Origin: Halocafeteria seosinensis
Taxonomy: Eukaryota
Reading direction: 5' to 3'
DNA: 64,000 bases
Assembly (NCBI GenBank): GCA_001687465.1
Contig: LVLI01000316.1
Location: 1-64,000 of the forward strand
The position numbers and the translations under genes are program-made. A model generated the notes under the pieces. The model was not told the DNA's origin, made no database searches, and saw only the letters and a program-made list of their open reading frames with translations. This document shows positions 47,903-60,968 of the stretch, in pieces (within the stretch, counting starts at the first letter, position 1; each line of letters begins with the position of its first letter).

Positions 47903-49185
47903 TCCACTCTGCGTTACACACTTCGAACGCGCACGGTTCCGCGAATACAGGTTATATTTTTCGCTCTGGAACTACAAGTTGTACGGTATACACGAAAATA
48001 CCGTAGCTTCACAAGGAATTCACGGAAAGCTCATTTGCAACCAGAGTGTGAGGGTTTATCTCACACTGTCTGTGTAGGTGTAATCACGAGGTGTGTGCGA
48101 TAAGTATGTGTGTGTGTGAGATAAGTATGTGAAGTGAAGTCTGAATAACCACTACGTAGGTTAGCGACTGGTCAACTTGGTACTTTGTTTTTCTGTCTAA
48201 AGTTCTTTCTTTCCTGTGCAGGAAGGTCGTTCGTTATGAGAATTGGGACTGTACAATTACGGTTGGGTAACTGTGTATGTTAATCGGAATTCTCTCGACG
48301 AAACCAGTCCTGTGGACGGTCTGTCAAGCTCGAATCCTGCAATGAAGACATTCGTTTTGGGAATGGTTCAGGGACACTTTAAAGTTTGTTGCTGCTTACA
48401 ACAAAGCATTGAGTTGAGCAACGGGTCCAAAATCTATGGAATCCACGGTTAGCAGTGCAAACAATAACAATGATCTTTGGGATGGCCCCATGCGGTGGCG
48501 CATGTCAAGCAGCGAAGGGTATGTACACAAGCGACAGTGTGCCTAGAATGTTCCATCGAGGATATTTCGTCTAAGTAACAGTCGATGCCTAGATTGCAAG
48601 GCTGCCCACAATAGTATGAAGAATTGAGGATTCAGAAACACGTTGTAACCATCTGATTGGGCAGGGTATATCGAGGATTTTCATCGTCCTGGCGAGTTAT
48701 GTCGTTCGTGTAGCAATACAGCCCAGCGGTATACTTCCATGGACGAACCATCGTTACCTCTACTGGCAATTTGATAGACATAGCAGTCTAGGCAAGTCCG
48801 GATCTTGACCGTCTCATCCTCTGGATGTACAGTATTGGAAGAAGTGCCTTTCCGCGTGGCATCTCCCAGACCAATGGCGCCATTCCACTTCTCAGGCGCA
48901 TAGCTGTCAGCTGTACCAGCCGATGAGACGGATACCACTAAGGGATATGAACTCCGTTGCAGCGACGACACACTTCCGCCAGTGCGACCTGTGCGACGCG
49001 GCCAACTTGGGAGTCCAAGTTGGGACCTTGCCCAGGGTGAGCAATTGGAGGCTCTCACTCCTTCCATTGGTACCGCCTCATGGATGGATTGATACGGCAT
49101 TCTGCTGGAGTGCATTCAAATAATTTTTTTTTTTTTTTTTTATTACAGTGCCGTGTTGTTTGGTGTTGCACTTAGCGTCGTGGAG

Positions 49186-50040
49186 ATGCTCTGGAGCAAG
49201 GAGCAAAAATGCTGGTTCCGCACGAACCGCATCCAACAGATTCTTATCTGTGCTTCCATTATTGTTCTATGCTTGTTTGGAGTGGGACAACTAGGCTTGA
49301 TGGCTTACAAAAAAACGAAAGCCCTGCGGCCAGCGTCCATAGTATTGCCGACGCAGCGATCTATTGAACGGACAATAAATTCTCCCGTCAGGAGACGGGT
49401 CTTGGTGCATATTGGAAAAACTGCAGGAATGACAGTTCGGGACTACGCACGTCATTGGATAGATTACGAGGTGCATACCCATAATAAATATAATTATGGA
49501 ACTCCTGCCATTCCGATGGAAGAATTTCACCCGAAAGGTAACGACGTTCTATACATCAGTCTGAGAGACCCTCTCAAGAGACTGGTTTCTGCTTGGAACT
49601 TTCGGAGGCAGCGGTTGTTCCGAGGAGAAGGGCCACCACCGCAGCGTTGTGACCTCTGCACTGAATCACAATGCGTTGCACTCTTCGAAGATATAAATGA
49701 GGTAGGAGAAGATCTGTACGAGGAGGGATCGCTTGCAGAGCAATTGTTGGGCCAGGGTTGCATTCACTTGGTTCGAGAAAGTATCACTCATTTTGTAGAA
49801 CCTCTGATTGATTTCATCCGGAATCATCCCGATCAAATATATATCATCAGACTGGAGCACGTTAGCGAAGATATGAACACTATATTTGGGGTCAAGCCAG
49901 GAGGAACGACACACAAGGGTCCAAACGGTGGTGGCAACCAGATCCTCACCGCTAAAGCAGAGCGAAATTTTAAGAGATGGCTCAAACGAGAGTACGAGCT
50001 CTATCATTGGCTGTTGAGTCTAAAGAATTTGGATCCCTAA
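49186..50040 (+). CDS. Golgi type II sulfotransferase (Sulfotransfer_2-like)
   Basis: N-terminal TM; 5'-PSB VHIGKTAGMTV; 3'-PB LRDPLKRLVSAW; intronless. Confidence 0.82.
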   Translation: MLWSKEQKCWFRTNRIQQILICASIIVLCLFGVGQLGLMAYKKTKALRPASIVLPTQRSIERTINSPVRRRVLVHIGKTAGMTVRDYARHWIDYEVHTHNKYNYGTPAIPMEEFHPKGNDVLYISLRDPLKRLVSAWNFRRQRLFRGEGPPPQRCDLCTESQCVALFEDINEVGEDLYEEGSLAEQLLGQGCIHLVRESITHFVEPLIDFIRNHPDQIYIIRLEHVSEDMNTIFGVKPGGTTHKGPNGGGNQILTAKAERNFKRWLKREYELYHWLLSLKNLDP

Positions 50041-50499
50041 ATCAAAACCATTCAATTCGCACTGTGAACCACGGTGCGCGTCAAAGGCTCAGCCCTTCCT
50101 TCCGTCCGTTCTGATGTTTTACCGAAATCATATGGTGCATACCTAGTTCTTTGAGACTATAATTCAGGCCATTAACTTCCGACAACTACTCCTTGTAGCT
50201 AACACCCAGCACTATGCTTCATACAAAGCATCCTTCGCAAGGCAAACAAATTTCTAACATGCCATGATTGCTACGTACCTAGGATCACGATGCACCGGCA
50301 CCAGAACAAACAAGCCAAGACATATCCACCAGAACATATCGCTTGTTTCCTTCCTATATCAGAAGAGGTAGTGGCTGATCCGCTACAGCGGAGACGGTTT
50401 TGGTGAAGATACATCGTCACCCTACAACCAGAACGTATACATCGAAATAGAGCGTACGCGGAAGGAGACACGGATTTGCCACATGATCCTAACTGAGCC

Positions 50500-50730
50500 C
50501 TGTGTTGGGGGTTATTTCTTGTCTTGTAGCCGTAGGCAGCGTATCCTGGGACAACCACGGTGGCTTTGGTTCCAACTCGTAAACGAGATAATGCTTCTTC
50601 CAACCCAATCACCTCTTGCCTCTTGTGTTGCTCCATGGACTGTCCCTGTTTATGTGTATCTTCAAACACTGTACCGTCCTTTACTCGTCCAGCACATTGT
50701 ATAGATATGTATTCACCAGGATGTCAAGAG
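50500..50730 (-). pseudogene. FKBP-type PPIase remnant
   Basis: PGEYISIQCAGRVKDGTVFEDT...VIGLEEALSRLRVGTKATVVVPGYAAYG. An in-frame stop lies just upstream and the normal C-terminus is missing. Confidence 0.6.
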
Positions 50731-52199
50731 CCAGAACTCGTCTGTTGCGTGTCAAGTCTTCCCTGTCAAGTTTGCTCACCTTCCTCCGAATATGCACCAT
50801 TTCCGAGCTCATGTTCAAGCACCTCGATGGCACATTGTAGCGTTTAGAGTCAGTGTCTGCAACTTCTTGTTCGTATTCGTACGAATTGGACCGGCCGAAG
50901 GAAGTCGCCTGCTTCTGGTGTCTGTGCTGTTGCTCGTTCATGTGTTACGGAACAGCACATGTTACATAAACCAGTGGGAAAGGGGAGTCTCATTGTCCAT
51001 TGCATTCATCATCATTGAACTCCCTCGAGCCACTGGAACTTAAGAACTATCGCAGCTTCATGTCGTCGAACCCACCCACCCCTCACGGGAGAAGGACAAA
51101 AGCAAGCCTAGTATGAAGACAAGCATTTCGACAATGGATCGGATGCCTGCGCTTCGAGCAGACTGCTTGTAGCATTACCTGGCCTAGAATTAACACTGAA
51201 TGACAAGCAACCGGGCCGGCCCGGATCCCGGCCTTCCGCCCGGACGAACTAATCGGGTATCCATCCACGCAGCTATTTTAATTGTAATTGGGCGTTCATA
51301 GTTGTTTGAGGTCTTTTGGAAGAAGTGTATTGAAAGATTTACTGTTTAGTAGCTTGCAATAGACGGACACTTTCCTACGGGGAGGCAGTGAAAACACAAT
51401 AAGATTGTTTCGGTTGAAGTTGAAGTAGTTCTCGACGGCATTGAACACTGTTCTCGTTGCTCTATAGAGGCGAATCCGGCGTTTTTGGGCACATTATCGC
51501 CCCTGCGTGTACTTATCACTGTACTGGTGGACGTACGGGCTCTTGGGGAACTCTGAGTTCATTGTAAAGGGAACTGGGAAGCAAAACGTTCTTCACGACA
51601 GGCTCAAGAACCTGAGGTGAGTGACATAATTTCATATTATTCATGCTATTGAGGCCATTTTCTCCAGTTCGAACATCTCCGTTGGTGCTTCTAACCATCC
51701 TGCTACTGATGGATTGGCTCCAGCTTTAAAGAAGTTGGCCGTTCTGGAGGTATCTTCCGAAGATAAGAAAGACAAAAAGGGTTTTTCGGGGGACGATAAG
51801 GGGGAAGCGCCTCGTTGCGTTCCGAATAAGATACGGTTTTGAGTCTTCAAGTGCAATGAGGCGGGGAATTCATGAGGAGCTTATTGTGAACGATTTCCCA
51901 TCCCATTAGACCGAGGTCGATTTTGGAAAGTCGTAGTGAAATAGTGTTTGCCTAGACGTAGTGCCTGGAACGATTCTGTCCTCGCTAGTTCCCACCAGAA
52001 AACTTTCCAGACTCTCGCAAAGTGGATTCCTTGCTTACATATTCTTGTTGACTAATTGTGCTGTACAGAACTGGATTCTAGGATTGGCTCAACGGTGAAG
52101 CGTGATTCCACTTATCACTGCGATGGTGACGTAGCGACCATAAACGGAATCGTTTGATTTATTATCCGTATCTTTTGGTAACTTCTGAAGGGAAACAAC

Positions 52200-54764
52200 A
52201 TGGCAGAGATAGAAGAGAAAGGGGAAAAGGAGTCGGCGACTGCACCATCGCAACTTAGCATACGACAACGCAGCATAGGTTTGCTCCCGGAGCAGGAAGA
52301 AGAATTGCTCCCCAGTAAAGATGACGTGTTACGCCTCAGGAGAAAAGTTGAAGTTAATCCGGATCGATGGGATAGGTACCTAAATCCTCAGACATTGCAT
52401 CATTTCGGATTTTCGACAAATGAAGAGCGGTTCGCTGCGTTGAAGAAAGAAGCTTCCTTGCTCCACAATGTGGTATGCAGAGAGGCTGGTTCCTCGACCC
52501 AGGCCTTCAATCTGGCGGCTGATTCGGAGCCAGAGCCAAACAACAGGGATGCTCGTGCTTCTTCAAGCTCTGCTCTGAATGGAAGTCAGGAATCGTCATC
52601 GAACCAAAGAGTTTCATCAATTGGACGTTTGGCATTTGCAGCGCTTCGAGCCGGTCGGAATGCCGCGAATCTAGTGCAGCAGAAACTCCCGTACCAAGCA
52701 TGTCAGGCATCCTTCGAGAGAAGAGTTTTCTTTGAAGATTTAGCGCTCTTCCATTACTGCATCAACGGTATCGCTTTTCCGGGCGAAAGCCGCAATATGT
52801 ACCCTCTACAGGTTGAGAACACTTCGATTTGTCTCTATATGCTATATCATTTCGTGGTATACTTTGGTGGATTCGAACACCTCACGGGAGAACGTAGAGA
52901 GAATAGGAATGAAAGGAGCTCTGGATTGGATCTCACACACGTCCACCAGATGCTACCAGGGATGCAAAAGTGTTCTGAGGGATCCTTGAATTCCCTGTAT
53001 ACTCTGTATCAGAAGTATTTGCTCCCATTCGAGAAGCACATCGGGGGAGCTTCCTCAGGATCTGGGAGCACCGCTCCAAGTAAGTATGGATGGTCGTTGC
53101 GATTGAGCGATGCGTTTCGACTGGACTTAAGGGTTCCAGTGTTCCCCATGGATGAAAACAGCACGATCGATCGCTATGACGCAAGCAGTCCCTTCGCAGA
53201 AACCGAATGCGCAAGGAGTCCAGAATCGTCCAATTCGACTCTGGCACATGAAGACGACGAAGACAGCATCCAAAGTCGCCATGATGTGGCGCCGTTTGCC
53301 AGAGCTGGGGTTGCGTTACTCAGGAAGATAAAAAGGAGTGGTATCAAAAGTACATCGCCATCGTACCACTTGGTTGGCATTTATAGTCAAGGAGGTATGC
53401 AGGCCAGAAACAGATTGGACCGGATACTTGCTGGTGATATTGAACTCCCTGTCGAGCCCGGAGGCTCTGGTAGCGGCGACGAGAACATATGGGAAACACG
53501 GCAACTGATGCGACTGTGGGCCGAGGAAATGCTCTGCAAAAGCTATGATAAATTGTCACAGCGATTCCAGCAACGACCGAAAGTAAATGCGGGAGTATCG
53601 GCCATCCCGGCGACCAGCAGTAGTTTGAGTCTCAGTGGAGTTACTCATTCTACCGCTCAAAATATGTCTGTTTCTTTGGTCCCCATTAATGCTGCTTCTA
53701 ACGACAATTTCAGAACTGAACCTCCTACGCCGGTTTCGGATTCGAATCGAGAGGTTTCCTCCAGTCCATCGAAGGCTAAAGATCTGTTGCTTTACTTAAG
53801 ACATAAGGATGGTACGCAAGAAGAACTGTGGTCACCATCGCCGGATAGCCACACATCCGATGGCGATAGCAACTATGGCTTCCCTGGTAAGGGAGGTTCG
53901 CCGAAATCTATTGGTACTGGGCAGTTTGTGGGACGAAGAGGCAGGTCGGCAACCGAGGAGAGCATTGCCACCCGGAGAAGTATGAGACGTTCCGGTTCAG
54001 CTGATACAGTCACAGCAGCGGCAGCGCTTGCAGATGTTTCCCAAGCGCCGCCATACGGTGGTCAGGCTCGACCACGCGGTACTCCCAATACGCAGTATTG
54101 TTCTGTAGTGCCTGTACCGCGAATGCTTTGTCAGGATACACCGAAAGAATATGCAGATCAGACAGCACGGTTGTGCCTGCTCAGTAGTGGCCTTGCGTAT
54201 GTTGTTACACGGATGAGCGAGATGGATTACAGTCCCTTCATATTCCCCGTCAGAAATGACACGACAAAGAGACAAGAGCAACCTAGAGCGGTGACACGCT
54301 CGAAACGAATGAGGAGTGATGATGCTGAAACGTGGAACGACGTCACAAGTGAAGACATTGGGGAAACTAGTAGCTCCTCTGCTGCGCATGCACAGCTTCA
54401 GGAGGAGCCAAACCTCGAAAGTACAAAGGATTCCAAAGGAGAGTCTCCCTGGAAGACCGCAGTGTATGAGTCGATGCTCAGTAGTGGAAGCGCCGCTGGG
54501 AATATTCCTGGCTCGGTGTTGCGAACTCCCTATGAACAGACTATGGAAGACGGTAGCAAGAGCAGTGTATTGGTTACGAGCACTGAACCGGTATTTGAGG
54601 ATATCTACATGGAGGGGCAAACCCAACCACAGCGTCTCATCGTTCGACCTTGTCTCACCAGGCTATGCTCCGAGCCCACTCAGTCTCCTCGATCGCTCCT
54701 CCAGCTTCCACCGGTCGTGGCTTTGGAGGAACACGCCACTCGCAATAAGAGTCGTCGACGGTAA
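52200..54764 (+). CDS. ARID/BRIGHT-domain protein
   Basis: FFEDLALFH...ICLYMLYHFVVYFGGFEHL...LYTLYQKYLLPFE; the remainder is low-complexity. Confidence 0.75.
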   Translation: MAEIEEKGEKESATAPSQLSIRQRSIGLLPEQEEELLPSKDDVLRLRRKVEVNPDRWDRYLNPQTLHHFGFSTNEERFAALKKEASLLHNVVCREAGSSTQAFNLAADSEPEPNNRDARASSSSALNGSQESSSNQRVSSIGRLAFAALRAGRNAANLVQQKLPYQACQASFERRVFFEDLALFHYCINGIAFPGESRNMYPLQVENTSICLYMLYHFVVYFGGFEHLTGERRENRNERSSGLDLTHVHQMLPGMQKCSEGSLNSLYTLYQKYLLPFEKHIGGASSGSGSTAPSKYGWSLRLSDAFRLDLRVPVFPMDENSTIDRYDASSPFAETECARSPESSNSTLAHEDDEDSIQSRHDVAPFARAGVALLRKIKRSGIKSTSPSYHLVGIYSQGGMQARNRLDRILAGDIELPVEPGGSGSGDENIWETRQLMRLWAEEMLCKSYDKLSQRFQQRPKVNAGVSAIPATSSSLSLSGVTHSTAQNMSVSLVPINAASNDNFRTEPPTPVSDSNREVSSSPSKAKDLLLYLRHKDGTQEELWSPSPDSHTSDGDSNYGFPGKGGSPKSIGTGQFVGRRGRSATEESIATRRSMRRSGSADTVTAAAALADVSQAPPYGGQARPRGTPNTQYCSVVPVPRMLCQDTPKEYADQTARLCLLSSGLAYVVTRMSEMDYSPFIFPVRNDTTKRQEQPRAVTRSKRMRSDDAETWNDVTSEDIGETSSSSAAHAQLQEEPNLESTKDSKGESPWKTAVYESMLSSGSAAGNIPGSVLRTPYEQTMEDGSKSSVLVTSTEPVFEDIYMEGQTQPQRLIVRPCLTRLCSEPTQSPRSLLQLPPVVALEEHATRNKSRRR

Positions 54765-54838
54765 GTGGCTTGGTAGTGCTCCATGCCAGCTTTGAGATGC
54801 AAACAACCTCAAGTTGTCCCCCCATGTACTTTGTCAAA

Positions 54839-56899
54839 TCAGAATTCATTCTCGTGGGCCCACCATTTGATCGTTCGATCGAACGAGCACGAGACAATAT
54901 GGCGTTCATCAGGGAAAATATCTGCGCCACAAAATGAGACTCTAAGTAGATTTTTTAAAGCCGCTCTCCTCCAGGGAAAACTCTCTTACCAAAGGCTGTT
55001 ATCTTGTTATCATGACCGGAGACTTTTCCCAAGGGAGACCAGTCGCGACCACTCCACATTCTTATAGTTCCATCGTAAGATGATGTCGTTAGGTACTCTC
55101 CTGATGCCGGAGAGAACTTGAGATGAGAAACTAGGTGGTTGTGTGCCGGAATCGTATATATGATTTTCCGTTGACGAAGGTCCCAGATGCGAACCGTATG
55201 ATCTTCACTTCCGGTAGCGAGATGTATGCCATTGGGAGAGAAGTCCAGACACATCATTTGTGTTACATGTCCTCGCAGTTCAAGGATACTTCGACCACTA
55301 CGAAGATCCCACAATCGACCAGCACCACCCAAGTCACCTGTCGCTGCCAAAGATCCATCAGGATGGAAAGATATTGGGTACACACCATGTGCATGTCCCT
55401 GGGTAACAAACATTGCCTTATGAAAACTTAATACATATCGTTGCGTTGATATATACGTACATCTTGTAATAGAAGTTCTTGGCCTTTTTCGACATCCCAT
55501 AGTCTCCAAGTGCAGTCAAAGCTAGTGGTGCCTATATATTGGCCAGTAGGGTGCCATGCAACTCGGCTTAGTCGCTCAGAATGTCCAGATAACGTCGAAA
55601 CGCATTTACCACTTCCGGTCGACCAAAGCTTCGCGGTACCATCAGCTGACGCAGATGCTAGACTAACGACGTTCGAGTCTTCTCGATGACTGCCATTCTG
55701 GCTCATGTTTATGTCACTATCCTCGTTTTTCTTGGGATGTGCGACGTCCTGAGGAGTTTCAGTTCCAGGACGGAAGCACGTCCAATGAATACTGCATCAG
55801 GAATCACGTGAGAATGATAGAGTAGTTCACGCATGCTACATGTTCTTTGCGAGACTTACCGATTCGAATGTCCCGTAAGTGTTCGCATACAGTCGGCTGT
55901 GTCGGCGTTCCAAATCTTAACACTTGAGCCCCATGAGCCAGTGGCCAGACTCTTGCCGTCAGAGGCTACACTGCAACTCGTGAGGGTTCTATCATCTCCT
56001 ACTTGCGACATGTTGACTGTAAAATGTCTCAAATAGCTATATAATCGTAGAGCTTCTTTATCCTCCTGGCGTTTCAGTTCATCATTGTTAGCTCGGTTTC
56101 GCTGATTCTCTAGGCGTTCCTTTGCTCTGCAGAACGAGAATCATCCCCGAAATAGCAGTTTAGCCAACGCATACCAAGAAGCAAACAGGGAGTATTACAA
56201 AACCTTACTTTGCATATGAATATTCAGCTATAGCTTTCCGTGCCTGAATTAAAGGAGTCTTTGCCGGCGTGTGTACAGTTTTATCTCTCATTGTTGCCGA
56301 GGGCTTCAATGCTTGTGTAGCTTCAGTCGCCCTCTGAGCATCTTGTGCTGCTTTGCCAATCGCACTGGCTTGTTCGAGTCCCTCTTCTACAGCTTTCTGT
56401 CCAAGTATTTTTCTGAGACGTTCTCGTCGGTGTTCAGCTTTTTCACCAAACAGAGTCTTAGGTTCCCCATGGCGACGCAGTTCGTCAATCACTTCCTCCG
56501 GGTTCGTCGGCACATATATCTGTGACGCTCGTCGTTCGGCCTCATACTGCAAGCAAAGGAAAATGCGAATCGAATCAGCAAAGGGAAGTGAAGTGAAGCG
56601 AAGCGAAGTTAAAAAGAATTCCTCCGCTAGGAATTCAAACGAAAACTCACCCTTTGCAGTAGCTCAGCATGTTCCTGTTGGGCTCTCTGCGTACTTTCCG
56701 ACAGTTCCATCATGGGCGCATCTTCGCTGGAAATATTTATGTTCCCCTGCGAAATTCCCTGCTGAATATCTTTCTCAGTGAAAACGTGAGGCTGGGCCGC
56801 CTGATTCTGTTGGGCATCCTCTTGCTCTCCAATGACCCCATACCGTATCGCTTCTCCTCCTCCCAAGCCAGAACCCCCTCCCTCGCCGTTTTGCGACAT
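54839..56899 (-). CDS. PRPF4: U4/U6 snRNP protein Prp4 (WD40), multi-exon
   Basis: PRP4 motif VPTNPEEVIDELRRHGEPKTLFGE...RRERLR; WD40 repeats; terminal exon ends SFDRTIKWWAHENEF*. Confidence 0.93.
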
Positions 56900-57314
56900 C
56901 GTGGCTGCCTTCCGCACTCCAAGACGCTTCCCCAAAGCCAGCCAGAATGGAAAAATGAGACACTCTATACTATCATTCCCTCTACTATACGGTATGCTCG
57001 ACAGAGGCAAAATTCCAAGGTGATTCCGGGCCGTCGGCCCGGTTTCCGGGCCTCCTCCCGGATAAAACTGCTCTATACGTATTATACACTGCGATAAGGG
57101 GATGTTTCTCTTGGGTACACACAAGCCAAGAGATGGTATTTTGGACACACTCGCTTCATGTCGTGTGATTGAGTGGGTTCCCCTTTCTTCAGCTGGAATC
57201 TGAGGTATACAAATCAAGTAGGTGCCAGGACCTTCCTTCTCCCCGGGTATAAGACCCTTTTTAATGCGTTCGTGTGCAATGAATATGCAGTTTTTTGGTG
57301 AAACTAGCAGCTAG

Positions 57315-58399
57315 ATGAGTTCTAACACATCCGGACAAGGAGGAGACGCGGGGGATGATTCGCTTGACTTTGTCTCAGGGGTCGATTTCGGCGATGACAG
57401 TCTCCCAGCAAGCTCAGAGGAACGAGGGGATGCATTTGGTGATGAGGAGGGTGATTTTGGCTCTCGAGGGGGACAAAACTACCCTAAAGGAGGCGGCAAT
57501 ATGGCAGGCATGGGACAGATGAAATTTGGCGAAGGCACGAACTGCAATTACTTTGTGTGCCAATCGACGCATCCAGTGGCGGCAGTGTTTCATCTATTGT
57601 TCAAAGTAAGTTCATCCTTAGATCCTTTAAAAAGAGAAAGAGGACTTAGCAAGTGTGTATCTTGTTTGTTATCTTTCTTGTGTTGCTTTGCGTGTGTGCA
57701 GTTTGCCGCTGTCCTGGTATACTTATTCTGTGGATGGTTTTCAAGCAACTTTGTGATGATTTTTGTTGTATGCATTTTGCTTCTAGCTGCTGACTTCTGG
57801 GCGGTAAAGGTAAGACCCTTTATTTTCTTGGAGTATTTGCTTTTTAGCTATGGATCAATGAAAGAACCATTTTTTATCTCTGAATACTTGGACAGAATGT
57901 TACGGGACGATTACTCGTAGGGCTACGATGGTGGAACCGGATACAAGAGGATGGAAGCAATGAGTGGATATATGAAAGTCACCCTGATGTTTCCCGCAGA
58001 GTACCGACAATAGATAAGAGGATATTTTGGTGGTCAACGTATTTCTGTGCTGCCGCATGGTCGCTGTTTGCATTCGTCGCGCTAGTCAGGCTGTCTCTTG
58101 ACTGGTTGGTCGTCTGTTTTGTCGCTCTGGCATTGACTGTTTCAAACCTCATTGGGTACATAAAATGCAGTAAGGAAGCTAGGCGTAGGGTACAACAGGC
58201 GATCAACACGGGATCTACTTCCATGATTCCGTCGATTGCGAGCTCTCTGGGGAGTGGTTTTGTCCGCGCAATACCAGGACTTGGTTCAGCCATGGGGTTC
58301 GATTCTCCAACGAATGAAGCCGACGGTGGGCATAATCAAAGGCAACAGAAAAACTCTAACAAGGGCGATACAGGAGGTGATTTCGACTCTGCTGTATGA
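57315..58399 (+). CDS. TVP23: Golgi membrane protein TVP23/FAM18, 3 exons
   Basis: [12 protein letters not shown] and [20 protein letters not shown]. Confidence 0.92.
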
Positions 58400-59666
58400 G
58401 GAAGAAATGGTTAACTTGAGAAAATCACACTATAGATTAATCAGAAGAGCCTGTGCGAAGTGCAGCGCTATGACACACATTCCAAAAATAGATTCGGAAA
58501 GCACCTTTTCATTTTTCATTCTTCTGTATAGAGCCGTTGTAGTGCATTCTCATTCCCGTCCACTTCCTCGTCGTCCTCAACTTGACCTCAAGGCGTAAAG
58601 TTGAAGCTGCAAATTCAAACACGACAATCAAAACGTCGCGTTGAATTTGAAGGCAAATTGAAGCAGAAAGGGGGAAGCGCACCGGACCGCGGCGGCGCTC
58701 ACAAAGCTATTTGGTGCCATTTGAGCTGCTTTGTGGGTGTGTTCTGTTCGACAGATCGTCCGTGTACACTCTCGGTTCGTCCGCAAGATTTCCGAGTACG
58801 ATAATGTACTTGTAACTGACCGCGGCGTGGAGAAAAGACAAGCGATTTCCGTTTGGTTTTTTGTTCTTGAAGTTGAAAGTAAGTGCCACTGACCCCAACG
58901 GGTTGGCCTCCTCTGAGGGGAAAACAAAGGGGACAAAAAAGGTCTGGGTAGCGGATTTCTTTTTTGTCCCATTGAAGCTGCGTTCCTCTCCCGGTTGTAG
59001 TTTGGGGAATTTATGAAGTTGCATTTGACCTCCTGTTTCCGAGATGTGATAGCTGAGACGACCCGCCAAGGCAAGCGCAAAGTCTAAAAAGTGTCAGACA
59101 GGGATAAACTATAGTTATCAAAGGGAAAACACCATTGCCCGCGTCTCAACTGATCAACGGTATTTTTGCTGCAACTACTGCCGTTTGAGCCCTGTAACTG
59201 GGAGATAAGGCACTTGCCACACCTTGGACATTTTCCCCGGTGGTTTGGGTGGTAAGCTGGCCCTGAATTAAGGTGCATTGAGTCTCCAAAACTGGATTCG
59301 TGTCTACTTCAAGGGGGGTTGAAGTTGTAGTTGGGTCGAGTTTCCAGAAGTTTTTGCTCCATTGTACCCCTTCAGTGTATCGACAGCGGAGATATACGGT
59401 ATCCAATGTTGTGTATTGTCACTCCAAAATCTACTGCTCTCATCGCTTGGGTGTGAGATACGGGCGTGATGGTGGTAGGAGGAGGGGAATTGTATCAGCT
59501 GCTTGAAGTTGAAATCGCATTCACCAGTCGTGAATCACCACACACACACAGTGCACTCAATGGTAAATTTTGCGATGCCTTGTTTTTTGCAGTTCATTCG
59601 CGATTTCACTTATACATTGAGTACACATTAAGGAGACGAAAAGAGTAAACCTCGAGAAGTTCAAAA

Positions 59667-60968
59667 ATGAGTGCATTTGGAGTCAGCGAAGTTAGTGATT
59701 CCTTGTTTTCCGGAGACAGCGGCGTCCCCGCTCTCAATGATGAGAGCAATGATCAACAGGAGGAAGCATTCCAACCGGCCAGTAATAACAAGAGCCGCAA
59801 CTCACGAAGCAAACGGCCCCGGCATTCTACGACACCAAAGAAAAATACTGACCCGATCGAGAAATTCCACCTAGACTTCAACCTCGTCTACAACGAGGAA
59901 TTTCAACGACAGGCGGAATCCAAATTTCCTCATGGATGGGCCCAGCTTCAACCGGGAGCTCCTCTTCGGCGAGGCAAATGGAGTGAAGCCGAATCTAAAT
60001 ATGTCGATGAACTAGTCAATCAATTTCATCAGGGCATTATCACTAACCTTCCTGAGGGGACTTCTCTCCGCGCCTACTTGGCAACCGCCTTGAGATGTGA
60101 TCCAATGAGAATTACGAAGAAATACCAAGCTGAAGAAGCTATTGGTAAGCGCATTTACCGCACTTCCGGACGTCCTCAGGCTGAGAGTGAAATGAAGCAG
60201 GCTGAATCGAACCGCGAGCATCTTGCAATGAAGTTCATCGAAAGCTTGAACGAGAAAGCCAACCGCAAACGAGATCGCCGAAGTGGCAGCTCCACTCCCC
60301 GAAGCAAGCAATCACGCAAGAATCCTGTCTGGAGTTCTGATCATTCAAAGGGGGATACAGATTATACAAGTCTTCTGAAGGATGACGACTTCACAGGAAG
60401 TTTACCTGTACAGGGGAACTATTTTGGGGATTATCCGATGAGCCCGAACTCGGTGTCCTCTGCTGATCAAACGAAGAATGAAGCAGATCCGAACAAAGGA
60501 GCTCTCGGAGCATCGTATCTTGAGCAAATCGGTGATACCGGTTTCTCAGTCGAGCAGGCGAAGTTTGAGGTCGACGAGAGTGCCATTGATCCCATTAAGT
60601 CGTCGGCAGCCGACGCCACTCCGACGCTCAACAGCTCCACTAGCCCGGAAGCAGGAGGAACCACTGAAAATACATCGGAAGAAGGGCATAGACGAAAGAG
60701 CAAGTCCAAGAAGTCTCATGGTCAAAGTGACGAGAAGAAACCGTCTTTGCACAAGGAGGAATCCGAGACCAACACCAATGGGAATGAGAAGAGTACGGGA
60801 AACGGCAGCTCAGCTCCCGAAAAAAAGAAAGTGAAGCTGGGAAAGGGAGCAGGAAAAAAGTCTAAATCCAGAAAATCTAAAAGAAATCGCTTGAGTAGTG
60901 TAGACAGCACCAACTCGGAAGTTCGCGCAGCTGAAATGTTACGCAGCTTGTCATCCAATGATGTGTAG
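59667..60968 (+). CDS. Myb-like putative transcription factor of the stramenopile CDPMRITKK type
   Basis: LRRGKWSEAESKYVDELVNQFHQG...GTSLRAYLATALRCDPMRITKKY; basic NLS-like tracts. Confidence 0.75.
   Translation: MSAFGVSEVSDSLFSGDSGVPALNDESNDQQEEAFQPASNNKSRNSRSKRPRHSTTPKKNTDPIEKFHLDFNLVYNEEFQRQAESKFPHGWAQLQPGAPLRRGKWSEAESKYVDELVNQFHQGIITNLPEGTSLRAYLATALRCDPMRITKKYQAEEAIGKRIYRTSGRPQAESEMKQAESNREHLAMKFIESLNEKANRKRDRRSGSSTPRSKQSRKNPVWSSDHSKGDTDYTSLLKDDDFTGSLPVQGNYFGDYPMSPNSVSSADQTKNEADPNKGALGASYLEQIGDTGFSVEQAKFEVDESAIDPIKSSAADATPTLNSSTSPEAGGTTENTSEEGHRRKSKSKKSHGQSDEKKPSLHKEESETNTNGNEKSTGNGSSAPEKKKVKLGKGAGKKSKSRKSKRNRLSSVDSTNSEVRAAEMLRSLSSNDV

Noticed and set aside
48243..49141. Short ORFs and a poly-T run as a retrocopy
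   Set aside because: No TSD or identifiable parent gene; the T-run may be just a pyrimidine tract.
58600..59650. Structured ncRNA in the long intergenic region (hairpin ~58610-58650)
   Set aside because: Only one imperfect stem; no tRNA, snRNA or snoRNA signature recognised.
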